DNA of 64,000 bases from the NCBI GenBank assembly GCA_040954595.2, contig CM082596.2:8817124-8881123 (forward strand), in the 5' to 3' direction. The notes under the pieces were generated by a model that was not told where the DNA came from, searched no databases, and was given only the letters and a program-made list of their open reading frames with translations. Source of the stretch: Balanoglossus misakiensis. Its lineage: Eukaryota > Animalia > Hemichordata. The position numbers and the translations under genes are program-made. Positions 54,391 to 64,000 of this stretch are shown piece after piece. Numbering within the stretch: the stretch's first letter is position 1; each line of letters starts with the position of its first letter.

Positions 54391-56261
54391 ACCTGTTGTA
54401 CTGGAGTGACCTAGCAATTCGTCTGCCTGTCTGGCAGTATTATATTCTCATCACGGTTTACCCAAACGTATATGAAGTGACAATGATCTGGTGGAATTTG
54501 TGAGGTGTGGAAGGTAAATAAAAACTAAAGAACGAAAAAGACGTGTTTTTAAACTAACTAGGGTTTTTAACAAAACAGAAACCCGCTTACTTCCTCTTTG
54601 CTATTTAGGCCCCTACACTACAGTGAACACGGTTTACCTGTCACAAGTAAACTGCACACGCCGGCATCAAGGCGCCTGCGATGAATTCGCCTCTTCGGAT
54701 CGGTTCGCTGTTCTTTTCACTTGTGTCCTTTGCCGAACTTTGCCATAACGAACACATTACCAGCTGCGATGTGGTCTTGTATGTGCATCGGACCCGCTGA
54801 CTGTGGCCTAGGTGGAATTATGACAATGCTTCTTATCTACTGTGCTTGTCGACGCTGTACCCGGTTTCCACGAACTCATTATGTATGCATGGTACGTGCG
54901 CTGCGATATGTAAATGAGGTTCGTTGACGCGTGTCCTATATAACACACACTCCGCTCTTTTTAACACACACGCTGTGTATGCAACTACAGAAGTGAGCTC
55001 CCTTGGGTGACTTAGGTCTAACATTTGTGTGTTTTCTGTTGGCGAACTTGACAACCTTTTGTTAAGATTCTAGTTTAAATAGGGCAAACAGCTATTTTAA
55101 CCAATAATACGCAAATGTTCCTCTCCTATACTGAAGACTTTTACAAAATCTTTCTTCCGGTAAATTTTTTAGCAAATACCGTACATTTTTGTGTTACCGG
55201 TACTTTTATTTGGATAGTACGAAATCTACCAATCTGCCCAAAAGGCAGCAATATCTCTGAGTTGCCCTCAGGGCAGATATACCGGTACATTCTCGATGCT
55301 TCCACAGCATTGCATTTTATATCTACCAATCTGCTCCGAGGACACAAACAGTGTTTGTCCTGTGTCAAATGAGAACATCCTCCTATATATAAAGTGCGAG
55401 ATCTCGCAGGATTTCGTAGAGTACAGAAAATGACATCGCTGAGTGCTTTCGGGCACTATTATATGTATACTGCAAGACCAGTGAGATACTGTATAAAGTT
55501 AATTAAAATAAATGAAGTGATGATTTAATTGATAGAAATTGATATTAAAAGCTGAACTCAGCTGTTCGTGTTCTTTTCTCTTCTTACTGCTTGTAGTCTG
55601 TGATACATACTTGTAGAAACATTTGGCAGAACCTTGTGAAGGAACCTGTGACGAATAGACGATAATATCAGTTACATAATGAGCAGTTGCTGTATGATCA
55701 TAAACACAATGGTATATAAGAGTGTATTGCCGTCATTGATCGTGAGCTTGAACTCCACACCAGACTCTCTGCATCTGCAATGACATGATTACGACTTATC
55801 TAATGCATCACAGCTAGTAATAATGTATCAGGTTTGTCTCACAGAGACCGACCATCCGACGATATGAAATTCATTCCTTTTTACCTATTTGCTGCATCAT
55901 CGCCTTTGGTTTATTCCTCTTGAAGAAAATACCGGCGAAATAAACCGGTAGTCCAGAAAGCGTCACCAGAAGTCCAACCAGTGAAACCATTGGACGTGCA
56001 TAGAAGGGTACAACCACAAGCAACAGTGCAAGTAAAGCAAACAGTATCGGGATTGGTAAAGGCAGCTGGAGGGGGAAAATATCAAATTAATGTAATGGGG
56101 AACGTAATTGTACACACTACGTCAGCCGTTCCATCGCACAGCTTGGTATAGTTCTTGGTGCTAGATATCGATATTTCTGTGAATGCACGTGTCTCCTACA
56201 ATGCAGTTTTCTAACACAAAGCACGGGACTGAGACAGGCATTTCCATAGTTCTCGCCGGCC

Positions 56262-56350
56262 ATTTTTAGGGTCTTCTCTAATAGTCTATTTCTAAGATTA
56301 GTCTTGATCCTTGAAACTGCAGAAAAACCCCGTTCACAGTCTGCAAGTAG
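56262..56350 (-). mobile_element. hAT C-terminal dimerisation-domain fragment
   Basis: ADCERGFSAVSRIKTNLRNRL matches the hATC (C/S)ER-x-FS...K-x3-RNRL motif. Confidence 0.75.
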
Positions 56351-56384
56351 AACCAAAGTTGAACTACATGTATGCTCTCGGTCT

Positions 56385-57321
56385 CTGTGTGCGCGATGTC
56401 CCAAGCGGCTGGAAACGTGTATGAAGGGTGACAGCGATCTGTTTTGCCCTGATAAAGCAACTGTGGTGGTAGGAAGTGACCATTGGCAGAACATGTAAAG
56501 ACGGCCGTGATCTGGCGCTTGTCGTCGAGACCAGAGATCGGAACTTGATTTGCCCCTTCCAACTCCATCAACCACTCACTGGCCGGAACTATGGAAATGC
56601 CTGTCTGGTCACAATTGATGACTAGTTGAGGCGGAAGGTTGTTTTCTGCCACTGCTGACCTGATTCTTTGAAGAAAACTTGTCTTCAGTTCATCAAAGTC
56701 ATGGCCGACGGTCTTCTTAGCCGCTTTCGTCCCCTTTCGTTTTACGTAGCCCATGCCTCGTAGCAACGAACGCACCCACTCTTTATTCAGCGTGACATGG
56801 CCGCCAAATTCGGAGAGCAGACTTCAGTTTTCACTGGGGATCATACCCCTGGTGATACCAACAGCAATTGATGTGTTGACTACACCACCCTTGGCTCGTA
56901 GTTGCTTGATGTAATTCTGTACTTTGGAATCGAGTTCATTGCCAAGCAAAAGTGGTCTGCCACGGGTTGGTGTTGTGATGGTTTCGGTGTTGTTGATGAC
57001 GTGTTTCGCGTACCATTTCTTCATTCCACGTATCGTACTTTCGTTGATGGGACTTTCAAGTTCTTTGTTAAAATGCCATACTGCTTTAGCATTGTCATGT
57101 AGGGTAGCGTACCTGGCAATTTTCTTCTTCTGTTCATAGCGTTGGTACGTGCCACGCTTCTGCGTTGCCGCAGCCACTTCTTCTTTGATGATGACCATGG
57201 CCTGCGGGGAAATGTCGCATTTATTGACGTCATCTTGGTTGTTTGGATCGGGCTGAAGGGGGTCTGACGGCGGCTGATAACTTTTCTGCGCGAAGAAACG
57301 TCTGATATCGAGGGAGGACAT
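56385..57321 (-). mobile_element. pogo-family transposase pseudogene (HTH, CENP-B HTH, N-half of the DDE domain)
   Basis: KRGTYQRY, INESTIRG, RGRPLLLG, LDSKVQNYIKQLR, GYVKRKGT, VINCDQT, DDKRQIT, FLPPQLLYQGKT. The two track ORFs are in one frame, separated by a TGA at 56826-56824. Truncated after WDIAHTET. Confidence 0.9.
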
Positions 57322-59059
57322 GCTTGCACTTCACCAGAATTCAGAAGTAATGATGGAAATGGCCAAAAACCGTCTGTACTTATAGCAAATTATCGTTTCA
57401 TGTTCCAGCTGTGAAATGATTGTTTTATACAGAAAAAATAACCTTTAAACATGCGACTATGAAAATGTTTAATTGTTGCAAAGTAACACTCTCAATGCAT
57501 AGTACCAACTGACAATTGCGATCTGTGCTCTATTTTGAGGAACCACCCATCCGCCGATTTAAATACACGCCCTCCGTTTTAGGAGAGTAAAAATGTGAAC
57601 AAAAATACATGCCCCAATTAATGTGTTTACAGTACATTTACAACTGTATCTCCCTTTGTACATGAAGTCACCACACTCTCGCTTGAACTGTAAAAAATGA
57701 TGAGCAGTTAAATCTGGACAGTGCGTTTTTGAATTTAAGAATATGAACAGTGCTGAGATATTTTTCTGGTTCAAAGCATTGATTTGAAGTTGTGATTTGA
57801 AAGTAACTTGGGAGTTGATTGTATTCCTTTGTGCCTGATCTGCCAAGCACAATCTTTTAGTCTCTGTGTAAAGCAGTATTAAGAGCTATAGAACTGTAAC
57901 TGGTTACCTTTAATAACAAACCCTTGGCGACCGAATTGTTACACTCTGTGAACGGTTTCACAAGTGGACACTAAGCTGTCCCAACACTTATGACACAAGA
58001 TGCAAGGCTGGAGTGATGTGTAGCACAATGAATAGAAACCAATGATTTGTTAACATCTCGTTTCAGATAAGCTACAACCCCATTTAGTTTACTAGTGCTG
58101 ACTACAGCATCATCAATGCCAAAACCTACAGCGTATTCTAAAGGAATGTTCCTTGCAGTCAAAAACCCACATACCGGTACATGTTCAGCACTTGTGATAG
58201 TCCCTGCAATTACCATCCATACCTTCTACATTTCTGTCACTCACCCATGATTTCTATATTGTTCTAAAGTTTTGATTTTGTGCTCAAAATTGTTTTCAAC
58301 TTTCTTAATTGCAGGAGCTTTCCATGTGATCTAACTGACATGACTTGTTGGGAAAAGTTGAAGATTACAGAAATGGATACAAATTACTACAGCTGAACTT
58401 TGAGTAGGGAAGTAACATTTTTTTTATTTATGCTACATGTATTTTATTGTTTTGCTTGGCACCTGGATTGTGCAGAACTGCAAATACTGGCCTGCTGCAA
58501 AATATGGTAAGCATCTGCTATATATCAAGTTTGGTCGTGTTGAAAATAGAGCAGTTATATTTCTTAAAATCAATGACAATTGAAAGACATTGGGTTTTAT
58601 CATCAAAAAGGTAAGATTGTAGTTTGTAGGCTATGAGATTAGACAGAACCTTTTAATCAATAATAGACAGGGCCTGTGATAGTATCAGATGTATATTACT
58701 GCTGAAAATAATAATTTGAGTGTTTGCAGGATAAGGTTTGATAATGTTTCAAATTAAATATTAAACAGGAGTACCCCTTGTGTAAATGATTCAGTATAAA
58801 ATAGGAAACCTTGATAATGAAGATTAGTTATTATTGTGCACATTAATAATGTTGTTGTTATAATATCAAACATAATGATAAAATTATGATGATGAGATGA
58901 CAATGATGATAATGATGATACACTGTATAACAAAAAACTAATAATGATGATGACTATGAAATAACAAAATAGTAATGACAAGAATGATGGTGGTGATATG
59001 ATAAAAATACAGTAATGAATAAGATGATGATGATGATGATGATGATGACGATGATGACG

Positions 59060-59090
<31 letters not shown>

Positions 59091-60016
59091 AGAAATGAAA
59101 ATGACAGTAATATTGATGATGATTATGATTAGTACTTTATAACTGTGTAAGAAAGACCCCAATAACAGGAGTTTCTGCTGAGCATATGTCAATGTGGTAT
59201 TGTCTGGTTTTGATGGATCTACAAGATGCTTTGAGATGCAATTGGCTGGAGAATGAATATGTTTTGAATGGTGTAGGTGGTGATTAATGGTCTTAATTTA
59301 ATCCAGAATAATGGGTGTATTGTTGTACCTGTTAGCTGTTGTGTTGTGGTTGTGGTGGTATAAAATAACGGAATAATAATGTTAGTGAAGGTTGAATTTC
59401 ACCATAAATTACACAGAGCTGTATTTTCATCAAGACAGTCAGTCATATTCATCTTAAACGTTCATCAGAATTGGTAGTCTGAAACATGCATAGTTGATAT
59501 TGCATACTTTGTGATTCTGTGTACAGAGCTTTGAAAGGCAGATGATTCTGTGTACAAACTAGAGAAAGATGATCCTGGTACATAGAGCTGTTGGTGAAAA
59601 CATGACTGGTGTATTGAATTGAATAAAAGCTTTTTTTTCTTCTAGGAATGAACGTAAAATGCCGTTTTACACAGTTAACCCTGTCTGTTTTCCAGGCAAA
59701 AGACATGTATGTAAATTTAACTGCAATTACCATGGGTAGTGCCAACTGTTACAGCATTTTAAACCGTAACTTTGCGTTGAAGATTAACAGCTCTGTTGAA
59801 TATGATGGTGATACTGATGATGATGGTGATGATGATGGTGTACCAACTGGGCAGCAGTTTTAAACGTAACTTCACAGTCATGATCAACAGCTGTGTTGAA
59901 TATATTGATGATGGTGATAATGATGGTGATAATAGTGGTGATGATAATGGTGATATTCTTATATCCATGAAAATATATTGGGTATACCAACTTTTACAAG
60001 TTTTATAATTGTAACA

Positions 60017-60745
60017 ATGTTGCTATAGTTACACTTTACTTCAACAGGGGAAAGTTTACTATGAGATACACACATAGATCTTGTAGTATCTATAGATTTG
60101 AAGTTGTAATCTCAAATGTTTTGTCGTGTAATAACCAAATGAATTCCACTATGTTGCTATAGTTACACTTTACTTCAACAGGGGAACGTTTACTATGAGA
60201 TACACACATAGATCTTGTAGTATCTATAGATTTGAAGTTGTAATCTCAAATGTTTTGTTGTGTAATAACCATATGAATTCCACTATGTTGCTATAGTTAC
60301 ACTTAACTTCAACAGGGGAAAGTTAACTATGAGATACACACATAGATCTTGTAGTATCTATAGATTTGAAGTTGTAATCTCAAATGTTTTGTCGTGTAAT
60401 AACCAAATGAATTCCACTATGTTGCTATAGTTACACTTTACTTCAACAGGGGAACGTTTACTATGAGATACACACATAGATCTTGTAGTATCTATAGATT
60501 TGAAGTTGTAATCTCAAATGTTTTGTTGTGTAATAACCATATGAATTCCACTATGTTGCTATAGTTACACTTTACTTCAACAGGGGAACGTTTACTATGA
60601 GATACACACATAGATCTTGTAGTATCTATAGATTTGAAGTTGTAATCTCAAATGTTTTGTTGTGTAATAACCATATGAATTCCACTATGTTGCTATAGTT
60701 ACACTTTACTTCAACAGGGGAAAGTTTGCTATGAGATACACACAT
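60017..60745. repeat. 134-bp tandem repeat, ~5.4 units
   Basis: Unit starts at 60017, 60151, 60285, 60419, 60553 and 60687. Confidence 0.95.
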
Positions 60746-61851
60746 GTAATGCACAAAGCATTGTAAATGGGTGATCTGCTGGGTGCAGATATGTTCTTAA
60801 GTGTATTTTGTTGAAACTCGCACATATGTTATTGTCCCCATTCTGACCTGGCCAGTCAGATTTGGGGAGGTCATTACATACCTTGCATTCACAAACATGA
60901 CATACCTTGCCCTCGCAAACATGATGTACCGTATATGTCACCACTCACTCAGAGTGTTGATAAATTAATGATTTATCAAACATATATAATTGTGTGGATA
61001 AGACTTTAAGTACTTGCAGTATGAAAATGCTGCATCATTGTGTGTTTTATCATAATTATTTTACTATGTGGAATTCATTGTGTTATGAAGTGAACAGTGT
61101 TTCAAAATCGTAAACAAACAACCAGTGTGAAACCATGGTGTTCTAATTGATAATGATGGAGTGTGCGTCAGTGATTACAAATTTTTGTTTCAGGTACTGT
61201 AGCTAGATATGAAAACTTTGAACTAACCTTTTTTTCAGACAGTGTTACTTGCATTGTACCCGTAATTGTGAACACAATTGATTTGTCTCAAATGCATGAT
61301 TTCATTCCAGATAAAATGATATGATTAAACATTGCATTATGTAAGATGTATGTACCTTTATTTTATTGTGTTAAATACTATCCAGTCAGTTTCACCAACA
61401 GCTCTTTCCCCCTTTTTCAAAAGTGAGCCCTTATTTGTAAATTGGTAAGCAATTTACATGGTAACGTGTATAGGCTTGTCTGTTTTGGAAATTGCAGTAA
61501 TTTAGTGAAATCACGATGGAGAATTACTGGTGTCTAATGTCAGCTATGCATATGAATAAATACAATTTGAAAGTTAAATATTACAATATTCTTAGACTTA
61601 CTAAATTACCAACTGATTATAATGAATATAGATTTAAGAGTATAATACAGCAATAATAATGAACTAGTGACTTTAGGCCGTTACTTGAAAGTTACTGGTT
61701 TTCGTGGGTCCATTTAATATTTTGCTTTTGTTCCTGTAATGTTGGTGATGGTGACTCTTTTTGGTGTTAATTGTTAAAATTAATTGTTCTGGTGATGACT
61801 TTGATGGTTTCCTAATGTTGATGGCTGTCGTGATGATGATGATGATGGTGG

Positions 61852-61894
<43 letters not shown>

Positions 61895-62022
61895 ACAATT
61901 AACAGTGATGATAATGGTGGTGGTGATGATGATGATGATGATGATACAATTAACACTGATGATGATGATGATTATGGTGATGATGATGATGAAATTTGAA
62001 AAGATAAATAAGAAATATGTTG

Positions 62023-62604
62023 TTTAAGCAATAACCCCCGCCGCAGGCGGGTATACACGAGATTTGGGTACAATTCGAGACATATAGCACGAGCCGTCAG
62101 GCGAGTGCTATATGGAGCGAATTGTACCCAAATCGAGTGTATACCCGACTGAGGCGGGGGTTATTGCTATTATATTATATCAACAACTGTTTCTGTGGCA
62201 TATCAGTGTCATTTTCTTACCGAAACGGCGTCAGAAAGAGAAATTACGATCGTGAATCAACATGGCGACGACAAATGTAAACACGGGCGGCCGGGATCGA
62301 GCATTAAACATGAAGCAGACGACAAAAAGTGACAAGAGGTTAGACGGGCATCGCGCGTGGCAAAGTGACAAATATATCCACAGAGCAGTTCCAAAATAAA
62401 ACGTCCGTTAATTCAACATTATTTTTGTTTTTATTTATTTGGTTTAAACACGCGCGACTGTGGTTTAACCGCACATTTTGCTGCCATATGCTAGTTCAGG
62501 GGCCCGTTTTACCACTGCTAGCCATGGTAAAACAGTATTTTACCATCGCTGGATTCAGCTCTCGTCCAATCAGAATCACGGACGGTAGCATGATATAATA
62601 TAAT
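62023..62604 (+). mobile_element. Complete double-hairpin element, subfamily beta (Crypton-V-like)
   Basis: TTTAAGCAATAA start, ~140-bp palindrome, second IR TATTATATTATATCA / TGATATAATATAATA; absent at the paralogous site ~25950. Confidence 0.85.
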
Positions 62605-63004
62605 TTTCATTAACCCACACTGATATTGCCAAGTACGCTCAGCTAAGAGGCATAATTAAGTCAATGTGAATGATGATAATAGGGAATAACTACTGAACAT
62701 CCTTTGAACTCGTAACTCTGCATAAATTGTAATGGTGATTTTTTAGTTAGGAACTAACCTAGTGAAAGGTATTCAGTGAAAATGTGCACAATAACTAGAT
62801 AGGTAATAAGTTCTGGAATAATTTATTGATCATGTGTAGAATTTAATCCCCATATGACTACATTATTGACAGTGATTTGTTAGGTTGATACTATTAAAGT
62901 GACAATAGTTTTTTGTAAAGTTTAGTGGGTATAAACTTATTGGCTCCTAGAGTTTTAAAATGTATAATATGCAAAAGCTAGCTAAGTAACCAACAAATGA
63001 AAGG

Positions 63005-63122
63005 GTTCGATGAGGAGACAAGCGTCGGGTTTCATAAAAAGTTTTATCGTTAAAAACTTGTTCTACCAACGTTTCGATCCTTCACTGAGGATCTTCTTCA
63101 GGGATTCAGCAGTGATGGTCAG
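63005..63122 (-). mobile_element. 118-bp Penelope-like retroelement terminal fragment with a minimal hammerhead ribozyme motif
   Basis: TSD AATGAAAGG at 62996-63004 and 63123-63131; minus strand CC-CTGAAGA-A-GATCCT-cagtga-AGGATC-GAAA-CGTT-GG; absent at paralogous ~26390. Confidence 0.8.
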
Positions 63123-64000
63123 AATGAAAGGCGCAACACAATGCAAGTGTACCATAGGTAACATAAAACCCACTCTGAGTCTATGATAATGAATTAATAT
63201 TTATTATTTATTATTTGTTGCAGGGATTGGGGTTTGCTAGCAGCCAAGATGCAGTCCTTAGCAGTCGGTTATAATTGTCTATTTACACATTTTTCTCTCT
63301 TCAGTTTCAGATTTCAATGATGCGAAATATCCTCCTGTCCAGACGCCAAACTGGTAACCAGGTAACATGATTCCTGGGATGAGAGTAAGCAAATTAATGA
63401 CCAGCAATTGAAGTACAATACATTCATAAACCGCAATGAAGATATGAAATAAAAGGCCGAGGTTTGTCCACATGTTCATGCACAACAGTGTGGCGCATCT
63501 TGTATTGCTCATGAGGACAGGAAATTATCTCTCCATGCATAAATTTAACTGTTGTTTTGTTTGACAGAAAAATAATTATTGGCATATTTTTCATATTTTG
63601 CAGATAACAGTTTCTGCTGATGATCAACATTTACCAACTCAGATCTGTATGCATTTAAGCAGCCAAGCAGAGTTCAAAGGTAATAATTTTGTCTTCTCAA
63701 GATTCAGTAGACCCCATGGATGACAGAATAAACTTCTCATTTGGGATGTCAGTGTACGACGACTATTGTATTATCCACGAAGACAAGAGGTCATCTCTGT
63801 CCATAGACATGTTTTTCTTTAGTGCTGTTTGACACAGAAATACTTATTGGCATATTTTTCATATTTTGCAGATAACAGTTTCTGTCTGATGATCAACATT
63901 TACCAACTCAGATCTGTATGCATTTAAGCAGCCAAGCAGAGTTCAAAGGTAATAATTTTGTCTTCTCAAGATTCAGTAGACCCTCATGGATGACAGCATA

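Larger units (their letters stand above)
57523..64000 (+). repeat. Duplicated block B, copy 2 (runs off the right edge)
   Basis: Colinear with 21276-27030; includes hAT fragment 57971-58216, 134-bp repeat and exon-like repeats from ~63600. Confidence 0.95.

Noticed and set aside
55380-55470. TATA box and GCGAGATCTCGC palindrome as a plus-strand promoter
   Set aside because: No supportable downstream exon or ORF.

Overview
AT-rich, intron-containing, repeat-dense animal DNA. The repeat families suggest a marine invertebrate, possibly a deuterostome, but the species cannot be determined here. No prokaryotic features or CRISPR arrays were seen. Genes supported by the sequence: (1) the first three exons of PSMC1/Rpt2 (minus, 3102-234, continuing off the left edge); (2) an 11-exon, ~851-aa type I membrane protein (8133-14683) with signal peptide, 4 CUB, 3 CCP/sushi domains, a TM helix and a tail carrying an ITAM, four YxN motifs and ITIM/ITSM-like motifs; (3) a truncated tandem paralog of it (16479-17329); (4) a U2 snRNA gene (minus, 38907-38721); (5) an uninterrupted 1895-aa ZNFX1-family ORF (minus, 52068-46381) whose RZ finger appears to lack the catalytic Cys/His. 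The remainder comprises two direct duplications (18.5-21.2 kb vs 39.2-41.9 kb; 21.3-27 kb vs 57.5-64 kb), many MITEs, pogo, hAT and LINE remnants, a solo-LTR-like element, satellites, a family of hairpin elements with conserved tandem G.A mismatches, and a 118-bp insertion carrying a Penelope-type hammerhead ribozyme. All gene models were spliced by eye and all family assignments are from motif recognition, not database searches.
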